Source: Tubiluchus corallicola | Taxonomy: Eukaryota > Animalia > Priapulida | Length of the DNA: 64,000 nucleotides | Reading direction: 5' to 3' | Assembly: GCA_030141605.1 (NCBI GenBank) | Contig: JAQGDQ010000025.1 | Location: forward strand, 664,907 to 728,906 | Part shown: piece by piece, positions 35,932-49,784 of the stretch | Position numbering within the stretch: the stretch's first letter is position 1 | Layout of the letters: every line of letters begins with the position of its first letter | Made by a program: the position numbers and the translations under genes | The notes under the pieces: model-generated | Databases searched by the model: none | Seen by the model: the letters and a program-made list of their open reading frames with translations, nothing else | Told to the model about the DNA's origin: nothing

Positions 35932-38900
35932 ATATTATACATATATTTATTTTATATATGTATATATTTTCAGATTTTGAAGCTGTTAGTAGAACTGGCT
36001 ACTGACATTATTAATTGTACTTTGTGTATGAGAAACACGGCAAGTTTAACTTAATTTAGACATGGCTATACAGTATAAAACTTGCAAAGTAGCTACAGTT
36101 AAAACCACGCCGTTTCAAAAATGAACTTTCTTGCTGCACGGGATTTCGCAAAAAATCGAAAATTTTCTAACTTTTTTTTTTATTTTCTGACAGCAATTCC
36201 GTTCGTCATTTTCCTTGCGTCCTCACTGTGAAATGGGTTATTGGTTTTATTTTTTAAAAAACGCGTCATAAAGGAGTATGATAACAAGGGCAAGCATCAT
36301 TATACTTGTACAGGTAATCATAATTAGGTCATTCTGATTATCGGATAAATTTAGAATTCGTAGATATAACCTAGGCCTACATAGATTCTATTTCAATAGC
36401 GTAACACTCTTTGAACAACAAACACACTTGTGGAATTTGTTTCATTGCCACTGTCTCCTACATTACTACCTACATTGTTTCACCAACACCACCGCCACAA
36501 CAACAACTGCTGTCGTCGCTACCTTCACTATCATCGACATCGTGACATTTGAATAAACAGCGTCAATGTCTCGGCTTCGCCTTCCCCAAGAGTAGCTGAG
36601 ATGCGGCAAAGATGACCCATTGATATAAGGATGTTTTGCCATAGAATTTCAAACTCGTAAAACTCGTAGATACACTCGAGTGTACTATCTTGACAGACGA
36701 AATGAACGTTTGACGCTTTTACGTTTGACGCTTGAACCTTTTTGACGCTTTTAGCAATTGCAGGGTTTAACGCTTTCTATGTAATGGAAAGATAAAATTG
36801 CAGCATCAGACACAACTTGAGATTTCATCTATGCAATCGAAATTCAGTATATTTAGTGTTGCAATATCGCCTTTTTCTTCTCATAAAGGGCTCTGCATGG
36901 GTGTATTAAAAAACGAAAGTTGTTGCAGCCACAAAAAATACAAAAAAAAATCGCTTGTCGCTAATGAACCCGATAAAACTCGAAAACACATAAATTAAGA
37001 CAGCAGCGAAAACAACGGCCACTGACAGCAACTGAAAATTAAAAAAAAAAACAAAGCAAAGCCAAAATTAATATTTCGAGTTAGAGATCTACAAAAACGA
37101 ACTGCATGTCAACCATTAGAAAAAGAAACGTAGTTACGCTACATAGATTAGATACATCAATATGTAGTTTTCCAAAATGTAATTAGACGCAAATTCTGCT
37201 CGTAGTAGCACATCAAGTGTAAATACATAATTTCCTGTAATTTCCCGCACCAGCATAGTTGAGTAATGAGTATAATTATTTTTCGAAGGATTTCTTGTTG
37301 CTTGGTGATTCATAATATGATTTTCAGCTTGTAAATCAATTTGTAAATCACTGTTTTGACATAGGTTTTCTCTTAGGTTTATTTTGTTTTGCACGTATTT
37401 CATAATGTGGTTTAGAGTTTAGACATTCAATTTCTGAACAATTTTGCTTTAATCCTTGTACTAAATTTTTGAACTGCATCATAGTTCAGACGTTCTCTTC
37501 ACAATCCCTCAGTCTGTGACGTAAAATCGCAACGCATGAACAATTGAACATCCACATACATCTGAAGCCAGCGCCGGCATCGTCGCCATTATCCCAACAA
37601 CTAGTGGGCAAAAGTTTTTTATCTAATTAAATATGATCACACCAGTGTGCCGTTCTACAGCATTGCGCCTAGTATAACAGTATAATAATCATAAATGTAC
37701 ACAGTATAAACCCACGAGTCCCATAATCCGCCTGGGACATGTAGTATTGTTATGATCAGTAGGCTTATTACGATCTCTCTTGTGCAATTAATGAAGTTTG
37801 TACCTTTGTGGCTCAAATCCGTGACAAATGGAGGCTGGTGGCAATGAACTTGCGCTTATTATTACGCGGCTGTTATACGCTATTGAAGCCAATTGTAGCT
37901 AAATTCTCATTCGTGTATTGTATTTGACCAATAATTTCACTGAAAATGCAATCCAGATTCTGACCTGATTTCAGCTGCTTCCACTCAAGATATAGAATAA
38001 ACTCACGTGATATGTCACTTTATTAATCTGAACTGAACTCCAATTAAAGCGGAATAATTTTAAGAGGTTAAAGGAAGACAGAATGATACTTCATATCCCT
38101 ACCTCATTTTCAAGTACTGCAAAAAGCATACAATTTAACGCCAATAATACTGGAAAAGCGTTTCTGATAGTTAAATAATAAATAGATTAAAATTTTAATT
38201 TACGGTGTGCGAGCCCAACTACTGATGACATCACAAACGAACATAATTTTAAACGGCAAAAATATTCCATGTGTTTGCAAAAGCGAAAATTGAAGTACTG
38301 TGGTACTGTAGGATATTCAGTGTGTTGTACTAAAACTAGGCAAATTTTAAGATAAAAATTCAAATTTCAAATTTGCCGCTGTGCTCACACATGAGCTGTC
38401 GAGCCTATGTACAAACGAACACCTCTGACCTGGGAGACACAGCACCGCTTTTTGCATCATGTTTCCTTTCAATATTTTAAAGGGCAGATTGTTTTGACCT
38501 ATAGTTTAAGATTGGGTCCGGTTTTGCTTTAACAACAGAATAATCTTCAAAAATCGAAGAAAATATCCGGAAAATCAAGATTGCTGTGTTTCCCAACTCC
38601 AAGCATTAAATTGCCGTTAATTTCCCATAGGGTCGCAATAAAAGCGGCTTTTCTTTCAATCGACTTCTTCAAAGCGGTTTGAGAACCACTGAGGTGAGGT
38701 TAATAACACGTTACGAGGAAGAAAGTTTGAACAATGATCACTTTACTGGGTTTCGCCTCCGTCGCCTTTTAAAGTAATTCGGTTCTAACTTGCGAGTGGG
38801 AGTACTTCTTGTACAAAAAACAACTTCTTGTTTGGAACGGAAGTGGTGCTGAAAAGCCGCTGGCATAGCAGTATTTAGTTTTCTTTTATTTTATTTGAGT

Positions 38901-39726
38901 ATTTGAGTTCTTTTATTTTAGAATTCTGCTTGCCCAATGTCAACAATAGACATAACAGGCACATGGTGATAATTGTACAAAAAATATCCAATTTTGTATA
39001 AATTGAGGACGCAGCAAAAAGCAATGAAAATAGGGCCCACAAAGCAACAAACGAAAAGTTAGCAAGGCATTAAAAATAGTAAGCTCGAGAACTTCTAAAG
39101 CAAACAAAAGGGCCGCCATGCAGGATATTGCACACCCTCTCAAAAAGACAGACAAACACAGAAGACCATCTCGCGCAAAAAAGAATCCCGAACTACCAAC
39201 GGACAAGAGTTCATCTCTTGGTCATGATGCAACTTCTCAAGCACAATTTCATTTCGGCAGCGAGACAGAATATGATCAGATTGTAATCAATTGGACTATT
39301 CACACACAAAATGTGAGTAATTTAGCGCCTCCCAACCCCCACTCATACACAAGCTCTTTAGAGTACGTTTTACCACCACATATAAAATGGTAAAATCTAG
39401 TTTTGCACAGGAGTTCTCTTTTCATTCATGTTTGCCAGTAGTTTAGGTCAACTTGCTGCTTCTTAAGTCTTCAAATGAATTTCCACAATGTGTAATAAGT
39501 GTAATAAGTATTAATTAATAATAAAAATGCGGATTAAATTTTTGTTTTTGTAACCAATGCCGGATTTTGGTATAAGCTAAATATGCTACAACCTAGGGCC
39601 TCACAATCTGCATGGGCCTCAAGAAGATTCCAGATTGGGGTTAATATTCATTTTTATAATTAAGTAATTACTAAGTAATATTTTAGTCATAAAATAATTT
39701 GTATTGTTCACTTTGCTATTAAATAA

Positions 39727-39763
<37 letters not shown>

Positions 39764-42700
39764 AGTTATCTGAGACCAGTTGGTGTAATTTCAAAACAGA
39801 GGGCCTCAGGGCCTTATATAGCTTAAGGTCTCACCAAGTCTAAATCCGGCACTATTTATAATCTGTGTTTTTTAACTGTACGCAGAATCCTATACTCTTT
39901 ACAAAGGTTTAAAAAATAGTCTTATAAAGTCTGCTTAATTACATCCACTGCTTCAAAGTCTTCATCCACAGGTTAAATTGTTTCGCCTTTCAATTTTGTC
40001 ATGAAACCATTTTGGGCATCAAAACTTCTATAATCGATTTTTATCATCTAATAAAAACGTCTGTAGCAAATAAAAATGCATATTGTCCATTTTCGGAGCC
40101 ACTATAATGTAAACTGCAAAGCCATTGCAAATGTACTCATTGTTGTAGACACTATATAATCAGTACAACAACAGAAATCACAGCCGAACGAAAAGATGCC
40201 AGAAAATTATTTAGCATTTTGCTGGTGGCCGGTATTTATTGTAAATTGAGCCGATAAAAGTTGTAGATGTGTCAATACTCCAAAAAGCCCGAATTAAAAA
40301 CGTCTAAATACCTGGATGATTTTTTCCCCATCTTTCAGCCAGTATATCGTCGGAGGAGGCGTACCTCCGGCATGACATTCTAAAGTGATACTATCATCAG
40401 CGTGAACTGCCAGTCTGGTTGGAGGTACCATCCCCTGAAAGTCTAACCGAGGCTCAACGAACGCTGCTAGGTCTGGAAAAAACATGCTAACTTATTCTTT
40501 GTTGGCTACATATTATTAGTTTAACAATGAGTGGAGACGCATTTATGAAAATTTCTTAATAAGTTGACAAAGCAGAAAATAACTGTAAGAGTATATAGAA
40601 TGAATACACATCTCACCCGCATCTTTGCTCCGTCTTTGCCTGTATGGCTCGCGTCCAAATCTCTGAAACAGGAAGACACGCTATTTTAGTGTTCAAGTGT
40701 TATGTAAAATTAAAAAAAGTTGACATTTTTTCCAAGTTAGATATTAACATTGTGATTTTATCTGAGTTTTACCAGAATCGAATAGAGTTCTTAACACTTA
40801 AAATCACTGGGATGAGGGACACGCTCAGAGGTTTGCCGTACATACTTAAATACCGACAATAAGTAAATAGTAAGATTCTAATCTAGTTCCGAAACATTTT
40901 ATGGTCTACTAGTAATGCCCATTTTCTTGTGCAAGTAAACCATTCCAAATAAGGACAGACCCTAATCATTCTATTCAAAAAGAATATCGAAAAGTTTTTC
41001 CTTAGGATATCAAAGAAAAACTTCAAGGAAATGATCGCCGTCGTTTCGTTAGTAAACACCTTACTATAAGAAAACACTAAAATCTTAAAATTCCAATCTA
41101 ATTCTAGAACGTTTTGTGGCCTACTAGTACTTTCTTGTGTAGGTAAGCCATTCCAAATAAGGACAGACTCTATTCTAAAAAATGTCGAAAGGTTTTTGGT
41201 ACATCCAAGAAAAAGTTCAAGGAAATAGTCGTCATCGTTTCGTTAGTGATAACTTTTGTTAAAAGCTTGTTAAAATCTAACATTAGTCTAGAGCTAATAA
41301 ATGCACCTTTTTATAGGTAGTTTCATAACACAAGGGCCTCAACGCTACTTGCAAACGCTCTCAACTCTCTTACAGTCCGCTTAGCACACCTTTCCTTCTA
41401 TTTTTTTGCAGCTACGACTCAAAACTGTTTACGAATTTCTGTCGTCATCTTGATTCCAAGATTAATACTAATCGCAAAGAAATCTTTTTATTGCTGCTCT
41501 AAGCTTACACTGTCTAACCAGCTTTAGGCCAAGGTAGACGATGGCAATTTAGCAATAAGCACCACAATTGTTATCACCAGAATTTGTTGTAGTTCTTAGA
41601 GATTCCACATGTATAACTGATATAGATTTAAAACACCTTTGTATAATAGATAGATTTTGTTTAACTAATAGTTTAATAGATTATGAAAAGATCATGACTG
41701 AGTCTGGGTTTGAAGCAGAATCCTCGGAACTACAAGTATAAATCCTTGACCCTAGGTTACTTGTGATGCCTAGGTCATTATGACCCTAATTTTAACTCGT
41801 TCCCAATAGTTATCGTCCATTTCAACGTATCCACGTGTTCGTATGCCTAGCTAGCTATATTTACCCAAATGCGTTTACATGTGCAACGGTAGACCGTAGA
41901 TATCATTGTGCAGGTCGTTTGCGACAGCGCCGGATACGGTAGGAGTTGGCATAGTTATTCTGTCTCTATGCAAACTACAAGTCCAACTCGAGTACCTTAT
42001 ACAAAGTGCATCAGGTCTTATGTACGTACCGCAACAATCGTGCCGCTGAAGTTCCCTTAGAAAGTGCCCCGGTGTAAGTGCCCTTAGAAAACACCGAGCT
42101 ACATTGGCACGTAATTATTTGCTATTAAATATAATACTCCTAGCATTTCCTTAATGGTGTACGTAAGACAGGCGGTAATGCCGGTCGGAAATGACTGTAA
42201 GCAAACATCAGGGTAATCACTAAACGACCTTATATGTCCGTGAAACCTAGAATTGAAAATTACGGTGATATTAGGTTGCATAATATGGATATAGAAGAAA
42301 GTGAAGCCAAGTAATTAAGAACTAGCGGAATTTCCGATGCAACGACAACGATAACAATTTGCCGTTGGGTTTTCACTGCAGTATCACCGCGTTGACTTTT
42401 AACCGCATATATATTTCATCAAAGTACGGGGCTGAAGTCTTTGCCTAAAAAATTGTGTCTTCGCCTCCAACTTCTCGATAGGCCCGCAGCTTATAATCAC
42501 AGACCCACTATAATCATGCCATTATCATAAGTGGTAGATTTCTTATCATCAAATTGGCAGACGAAAAATACAAGAGATTTCTATCCCTATAGCTGTGTAA
42601 ATACTAATGTTAGAACCAAAGTGTTTTCTTCACCAACCTGTAATAACTATAACCCATTCTCCCAGGCAATAATCGCGTTAAAGTCTGTTAACTAACCGCT

Positions 42701-44742
42701 AGGAAGTGGCCATAATCTGTCATGCTTAGGGTCTCAACAGGAGATAATACCGGGATTGGCTGCAGTAGCCAAGGGATTGGAAAAGTCAAGGGATCCAGAA
42801 CCTCGGGATTTGCAGTTGAATTGAGACCCCTATCATGATATCCACATTCCAAAATCTGTCCTGCAGTTAATCAGGCAGGCAAAATCCAATCAAGAGCTGA
42901 GCTTAAATAGTGGTAACCTAACCTGCCTGCGTGAGATTAATAGCTAACAATTCAGTGCATGAGCTTCAGAACAGGTACACTTCTTTGACAACTGCCTTGC
43001 TCGGAACTTGGTAAACTGTATCTGATATCATTATTTTCGACCTTTCCTGTGTCCCTCGCTGTAGTAATCAGATGTTGTATCCCACAGTAAAAAAACGAAA
43101 TTTCCAGAGCTATTGCAGTCGAACAACGTGCCGAAAACTGTTTTAATTGTGACGTTAATCGTCTAAAAAACATTCTGCCAGGTCGCCTCACAGCTTCTCT
43201 ATAGCACATATGTCAAAAAAACGTATTGTACAATTTTCATTTACTTTTATAATAAAATTGTGAAATGCACCGCGGCTCCTTTTAGCATCTTTATATTAGT
43301 GACTGCAGAATAAAAATAATGAACGATGGCGTCTTAGTAATAAATTCGGCATCATATGAATGTGAGGTTTGTGAGGCCTAAATTGGCAGCAATTTCATGC
43401 TTCAACATTAATGCATCATATATGTAGTTGCAACACGAGATTTCCAATTAAATGGAGACTACTAAAATGAATTTTTAGCTAGAATACTATGCGTCGACAT
43501 TTTGAAATTGATATTCGGCAAATTCATTTGCTTATTTGCATGAAGAACTGATTTGAGTGAACATGTGAACATTGATGACTATAACTGGAGAATGAAAAAT
43601 GAAATTTAAGTAACGGCTTCAACGCGAACTTTCACCATTGAAAATACTAATAAGATTACTGGAAATTTCAGAAAAGATTTCAATATATAGGTTTTAATAT
43701 GATATTTATCGTTTATTCGTTTTATATCTAATACGCTCTAGTTTGCATGTATTTTTCCACTTATTTAATTGTATAACTTAATGATTTATCGTTTTGCATA
43801 AAAATCTCTCCAAAGAAATCATTAATTGGCAAATGATCTTGGCAGTAAATTAACAGAATCATTTTTTTCACTAATAAAAATTACCATAGACAAATACTCT
43901 GGTTGTACTATGTTATGAGAAGTATTTGCTCTGACAAAAAGTGTTTTGCGTAAAAGCGCGTTCACATTCATGCGGTTATACAGCCGATGATAGGATTGCA
44001 TAATATTGTGTCTCGTTATGAGGCGTTCACATTCATTGGCAAGAAATGTATCAAAGCTATCAATGATAAACTTGAATCTTGGTACTGGCAGCAAGAAATG
44101 AACCGGGCTGCGCGGACTGCAAATAGCAATAACCTTAGAACGTATAAACTTTTTAAAAATACTTATAAGATGGAAAATTATATGTTGTTAATTGATATTC
44201 CAAAGCATGGCAGAACCAGCTTAAATAGATTTCGTATTAGTGCTCATAAATTAGCAATTGAAATCGGTAGATAACATAAGCCGAAAAAAATACCTGTAGA
44301 GCAACGAGTATGTAAAATTGTTGTTTGAACAAAGTAGGGGACGAATTGCATGTAATTACTGAATGCCCAGTGTACGTTCATGCACGGGAGGTATCCTTTG
44401 GTACCCTTTCTAATTTCTGTCTAACTTTCATTATATGCCGCTTATTGACTCCTAATGAGAAGTTCCTGTTTTTAAGTGCAGCACAAGACGTACAACTTAT
44501 TAAAATTAATGTTAGATTGGTTCACAACATATTCGAAGACAGGCTTGACCGAGATAACTCATAGCAAGCCTGACTGACTGACTAACTGTAATAATATTAA
44601 ATTTATATATGTATGTTTGTTGCTCTGTTGTATGTTTTTTGTGCTTGAACCATTATACCACATACATGGTTTCTTTGTTTCAATGTAGAATGTTTCTTTT
44701 TTAAGTCTGGTTTTTCTTTGTCTCTTGTAATTTGCTTAAAGA

Positions 44743-44783
<41 letters not shown>

Positions 44784-47700
44784 ATATTAGCACAGGGCTA
44801 AAGTGTGTGCTAAACGGTTGGGTAGCTCATCCGACTATGCAAATCTCTTTGGGAATAGCATGCGCCCCCCCCCCTCCCCGGCGTGCTGGAAGCCGTTGTT
44901 CGTGATCATCACAGCCCAGAGCTGACTAATCTCAAGGTCTAGCGCATAATGCATATTGTAACAAGTTTGTGATGCACAGAGGAATTGTGCTCGTCTAACG
45001 TCTGTAGCAAGACTAGCCAGAGTGTTAAGTTGGGATTTACGTAAGATAATATTGATACTCGTTTGGTGAAAGTTATCAGAGGTATTTCACTTATATTACC
45101 AGAAGTCTGCAACAGCTGAGTTTCGCGTTCATCATTGTATTAGGGGAATTGGTATCATTCAATGACGTCGTCCTCTACACGTCCTCCTGGACAATACACT
45201 CGAAGAACTAGGATCATTAGTATTTGCACGTCACATCGACAAATCCACGTGCTTAGTCAGAAGAGTCACAATTTTTAAGTCTGCACATACACATCCGGGG
45301 TATGGAACTTATAACCTCCTAAACGGAAGGCATACGCGCTATTTCTGCAGTGTGATAAATATGTCTTGCAGTTATTAAAAATGTAAAAAACATAGAGAAT
45401 GAACTTATAATTTGTTTTGGTATCATGTTAAGTGAAGTTCGTCAAAAACTTAGCAGTAGGATATTATCATAGCACCGGCTGGGTTTGGCGGCAACCTGCA
45501 GACCTGCAGTTAATTGTAACTTGTGTAAGAAGCATAATGCAGAGTCAAAGTTGCCAACCAGTTCTTGTTTTAACGAAGCAGCAAAATTAAAGCCAAGTTT
45601 TTGACATGTTCAATTTGGAATTCGATAGAAAGCATTGACAGCTCTGTTATATATGTTATTTTAGTTATACTTAGAATAGATACTGAGTATATATCTTAAT
45701 ACTCCGAAGCTATGCCTAATGAAGCCGAGTTTTTGAACCCCAGGGGTTTTCCGCCTTTTTCAAGTTGGAACAACATGGCTTGGTGTGTATGGGTTGAGTA
45801 AAAACCTTTTGAATCAAATTCTTTGATAGATTTTCTGCAAAAGTTCTCCCAATGAATTAGTTTCTGCGCATGCGCATATCTACTATTCTAACTGAATCGA
45901 CAAAGAACAAGAGTGCAACTGTAACTGAGCAGTGAGAAGTATCGTTACACTGGACACTTTCCTAATGCTGTTCAACTTAGCACTGTTTTTCTACTATATC
46001 GCTCATAATTATTAAATGTTTGAAACCAAGTTTTGACTGAACCGAAGAAAATGTAAAAGTCAATACCTAGATTTGACCTAGGAACTTTTTAATTACAAGT
46101 TTAACTTTATAACTATTTGGCTACGCAGCGCTCTTGATCAAGCCGTTCTTGTCTAATTCAGTGTTATACAGCAGACCAACCAAATTCGCATTTCCAAGTG
46201 TTAGTTTTCTCGCCATAGAGTTGTTACTAACTATTTGAATTACATTTACTAATTGAAATTTTGAAAGTTAAAATTATTAATTTAACATTTTTTATCTCGT
46301 GAGTTTTCACTTTTTGGAACAAAAACCAGTAGATTTCCAAGACTTGCGGTGATTTATTCTTATGCCAAGTTTGGTAATTATAGCTTCACCAGTTTTGATT
46401 AACAGCAATTTTTTCGTCATTGACTTTGATCTTTGACCTTTTGAACTCAAAATCAATGAATTTGCATCTTTTGGCCAGAACTATCCCTGTGCCAAGTTGG
46501 TGGTAATAGCTTCATTTCATTTTATTGTGCAGACAAGCACACATACACACACGTACAGACAGACAGACAGACTACTACTCACGGCGTGGCAAAGAGGATA
46601 TAAATTAATAATTTTTGTATAATTATGCTGACCCTCAAATACACTGAACGCCTTTAAAAGTGATACTCGTTCAACACATTTCAGTTTTAATATGTCATTA
46701 ATATTTTGATATCGCTTTAATGTTTGCTGGCTTTAGCTTGACCTCTAGTAATGTATCACATAATGTCATGCCCAGATTTGGTCAAAATTTGTGTGTGACG
46801 ATATTTTCACAAGGTATGCCACTTTCTGGATAGCAATCAACGGGATAAGCCAGTGATTCCCTAACCGGAGGCACTTGGTCCCAAAAAGAGGAAGTTCAAA
46901 TCCAAGTGGAAGAATTTTAAGAAGGGCAGGAAATGGGTAAGAATTTCAGTTAGAGGAGGAACTCCAAACAGGAAAGCGTGTACTCTATAAATGTGATGTT
47001 AATTTTAATAAAATACAAGTTTCATGATTCACCGAAACAGTGAGTTCATTTTTTTCGTTTGAGCGCAACAATAAAGAAGTTTTACGTAGCTTCGAAAATT
47101 GCTTCAATAATTGCCACTAAAGCGGTTTTGAAGAAGAAAAAATTATTACATAATATAATTTAAGGAAGCATTTCAGTGTGCCTAAGAATGAGTCTGCGGG
47201 CATGTGTTATATATATATAGCAAAATAAGCAAATGCTAATGCATTGTTGCTGATATGAGTAACCAACGTATGAAACGAACAGTTACTAACCAACACACTA
47301 AAGTCTTTAACAGCTGTACTATGGAAGAAGACAACATAAAGCAAAAGGGAGAGAGAGAGCATATATATACACACATATATGCTCTCTCTATTATATATAT
47401 ATAAACTAGAAATGGTTGCTTTAAGCTATCTAACTATCTAACAGAAAGTGCTATTCTGAACTTGTCTTATGTCGCCCATCACTATTTCGATATCGTTAGT
47501 TGTTACCGCAACATTTTTTGATACACTGTATGTGGAAAAACTGAAAAAGCGTCTACATTTCTCTTAAAATAAGAAAAACGGAGATTTTAGAGAGTGACCT
47601 GTTTTTTTACCGCCGAGATTTGGATATATCTAAATTTCGTCTATATTTTTATAGCAGAAGAACGAATTGAAAAATTTTTGGGTTTACAAGAAAATTTAAA

Positions 47701-48364
47701 AAAATGTATTTTAAGAGGCGCGTATGACAGGACTATACATAGCATGCATTAGCATTTCGAGAGAAGAAAAAAGCTGCAAAATGTCACAAATCAGTTATCA
47801 GGGCAGTGCATAAAGGTCCTAACGAAAATATTTAAAAACAGGTGTCTTTATACAGGAGCGTAGTCAGGTTCTAAAGTTAGGAAGAGCAAGCAGGTAATAA
47901 AGGCGCTGTGACACATACCAATTTTTTTAGCGTATTGATTATATATTTTAATTTTGTGTTTAAAATCAAAACACGGGGAAGATACAGTTTTAAAGGAAGT
48001 ACATAATTGTTATTTCATATTTAAAATTAAGACACAATAGAGAGTTTCACAGTAATTTCATAAATCTCAAAACTTAATAAAAACGGAGTTGTTAATTTAA
48101 ACGTAAAACGTGACAAAATAAATCGGCTTTGGCGCGGTTGCTAAGGCGTCAATTTTGAAAAATGTGTTCGGGGAGCGGTTACTCCCCTGGCTTCCCTATT
48201 AGCTGCGCCACTGTCTTTATAATTTCTTACATAATTCCCCACGACGTCAATAAAAGAAATCTGCTTACCTTGTGCGTTCTAAAATTTCTCGATAATCCCA
48301 CATTCCTGCTCAGTGCTGTTGTTACAACTACCAAGAGAAAGAAGATGCAATTTTTCCAACACAT
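26060..48364 (-). CDS. Secreted two-Ig-domain protein, IMP-L2 / ZIG-like (insulin-related-peptide-binding family), about 280 aa
   Basis: Exons 48364-48269 (signal peptide MCWKNCIFFLLVVVTTALS), 40662-40617, 40472-40312 (ITLECHAGGTPPPTIYWLKDG), 35551-35365 (SKLYLDC..DEGIYSCVA), 33846-33793 (linker Cys), 33349-33189 (RIYMWTGNRVELEGSDVELFCR), 26772-26647 (VLKNGDLFIKGISWLDDMGVFTCVTENPFGTDEAETFLYP), 26071-26060. All phases are consistent, and the C-terminal Ig resembles IMP-L2 (VLANGDLLI..WEDMGNYKC..TFVYP). Confidence 0.85.
27240..27660 (-). mobile_element. Degraded CR1/L2 RT fragment
   Basis: QFAF..RGIFLDLSNA and VISGVPQG remnants on minus. Confidence 0.65.
28672..29068. mobile_element. hAT-like MITE
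   Basis: TIRs AGGGG(G)TGAGCAT / ATGCTCACCCCT, TTCGAA-rich subterminal repeats, TSD CTTAAGGA. Confidence 0.8.
29313..29454. mobile_element. Young 142-bp hAT MITE
   Basis: Perfect 15-bp TIR CAGGGCCTATTTCAG and perfect TSD GCTGCCTC. Confidence 0.92.
30210..30480 (-). mobile_element. Degraded LINE ORF2 C-terminal fragment
   Basis: HSRLRL..NLKNDL..CNVCG..IED..LNCSKY remnant with frameshifts. Confidence 0.45.
35146..35321. mobile_element. Merlin-like MITE with telomere-like (CCCTAA) interior
   Basis: GG...CC termini, inverted AGTTTACAATTCCCCACA, TSD AAAATAAT, degenerate CTAACC array at 35181-35267. Confidence 0.75.
35615..36238. mobile_element. PIF/Harbinger-like MITE
   Basis: 22-bp perfect TIR ACCCATTTCACAGTGAGGACGC; internal (AT)n. 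Confidence 0.8.
39555..39853. mobile_element. hAT-like MITE
   Basis: CAATGCCGGATTT / AAATCCGGCACTA ends; flanks TTTGTAAC / TTTATAAT. Confidence 0.65.
40880..41250. repeat. Two diverged tandem copies of a about 215-bp unit
   Basis: Shared CCATTCCAAATAAGGACAGAC, TTCAAGGAAAT and TCGTTTCGTTAGT blocks. Confidence 0.75.
43990..44785 (+). mobile_element. 3' fragment of RTEX-like LINE with (TAAA)n tail
   Basis: LRTYKLFK..ENY..LNRFRISAHKLAIEIGR*..IPVEQRVCKI../GDELHVITECPVY C-terminal Cys/His domain, broken by a stop and a frameshift, followed by a 3' UTR and about 10 TAAA repeats. Confidence 0.8.
46300..46590 (+). mobile_element. Helentron/HINE-like non-autonomous element fragment
   Basis: Repeated GCCAAGTT..TAGCTTCA units, TGACCTTT motifs and a (CA)n/(CAGA)n microsatellite before the end, the usual layout of these elements. 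Confidence 0.5.
47853..48213. mobile_element. hAT-like MITE
   Basis: CAGGAGCGTAGTCA / TAGCTGCGCCACTG ends; perfect TSD TCTTTATA. Confidence 0.8.
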
Positions 48365-48558
48365 TTGCCTAAAATGCAAAATTTAAACCAATGAGCAAAC
48401 ACAGTAGGATTCCATCAGATCTTACTTAGAATTTTAATGCAAAATTGCGTACAAACAATATTATCTGCTCCGTCGTCCTTCCACAAATGCAGCTTTTAAT
48501 GCAGTTCGAATGGTGCCGAATTTTACAGACATTAAAATTCAGACATTTATAACGTTCT

Positions 48559-48784
48559 TGACTGACTGACTGACTGACTGACTGACTGATTGACTGACTG
48601 ACTGACTGACTGACTGACTGACTGACTGACTGATTGACTGACTGACTGACTGACTGACTGACTGACTGACTGACTGACTGACTGACTGACTGACTGACTG
48701 ACTGACTGACTGACTGACTGACTGACTGATTGACTGACTGACTGACTGACTGACTGACTGACTGAATGAATGAATGAATGAATG
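48559..48784. repeat. (GACT)n followed by (GAAT)n tetranucleotide microsatellite
   Basis: Seen directly; explains the SQSV-repeat ORF. Confidence 0.98.
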
Positions 48785-49338
48785 TTAGTTTTCAATCAAT
48801 CAAAACTATTTTATTCAATTTCTAAGGGATAGGTAAAAAACGCCTTTCAAGTTTCAAGGTCGGAAATTTCGACATTCATTAAACTCACTCGCCAGGTGAC
48901 AACTTAATTCTTCTTTGTGGACAGTTGTCTGTCCATTATTTAATATTAATATTTATACTAAAACAGAAACTTATCAAACTTGTTTGCAAGGTGCGCTATA
49001 AAAATTCTTAAATTTTGACAGAAATATGTTATAAATATGTTGTCTTTCTGACATGTTAAGTTTTTTGGTTATTTTTTTGCTACATACATTACATCTTTTT
49101 AACAATCAGGCATGCTTCATGTATTTGGCGATGCCGTGATAATATTATCACATACAAAAGTGTTTAAATATTACATTTAATCATTAATTAATTTAAAAAA
49201 AAGAGGTTAATTTACCCCCATTTTCTGTTTTATATTAAGTGTCATTTTTTCATGCTAAGAGTTTCCCCATTTTAGCATTTTTTCGTTTTGTTGGGAAAAA
49301 ATTATTACGAAATTGTTAAAAATAGGGATTTTCTTACC

Positions 49339-49620
49339 TTGGTTAAGTTTCTCTTGTAGCTGCGTCAGCGCCGGTGGTACAAGCACGTGCAGCTTTCCTT
49401 CTCTTTCGTCACTTACTGCTGCCCATGTCTTTATTACAGGTGCGTAAAGCTATAAAATTGCGTTAAGAGCATGACTGTGCATCTTCAGTTACCAGATGAC
49501 CAGTATGCTGGACGCTGATTGGCTAACAGTGACACACCATCATCGCCTACACCGCCCCCGCATGTGCGTCTGCCCGTTAAAATTGATTTTTTCCTGTTAA
49601 CAGTTTTTTCGAGCGGAAGT
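49339..49620 (-). promoter_or_regulatory. Putative non-coding first exon and promoter of the IMP-L2-like gene
   Basis: Strong donor AAG|GTAAGA at 49339. Upstream on minus: CCAAT box (TAGCCAATCAGC, about 49513-49524), GC box (GGGGCGG, about 49551-49559) and an ETS core GCGGAAGT (about 49613) in a locally GC-richer patch. Confidence 0.55.
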
Positions 49621-49784
49621 TAATCGTTGTTCAAGTAACTAATGTTTGCCTATTCTTATTGCAAATTTAACGTGTAGCGTATGAAACCCACGCTTATAAG
49701 AAGATTTTTGCAAATTTGATCATTTTGAATCAAATTGCATTATCAATCCTCTCTCTGGGCCGAATTACCGCATAAGCAGGCTAA

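Noticed and set aside
41695-41765. tRNA-like B-box segment on minus (similar one at about 46065-46130)
   Set aside because: No cloverleaf; at best decayed tRNA-derived SINE heads, too degenerate to call.
48547-48795. SQSV-repeat ORF
   Set aside because: Translation of a (GACT)n microsatellite.
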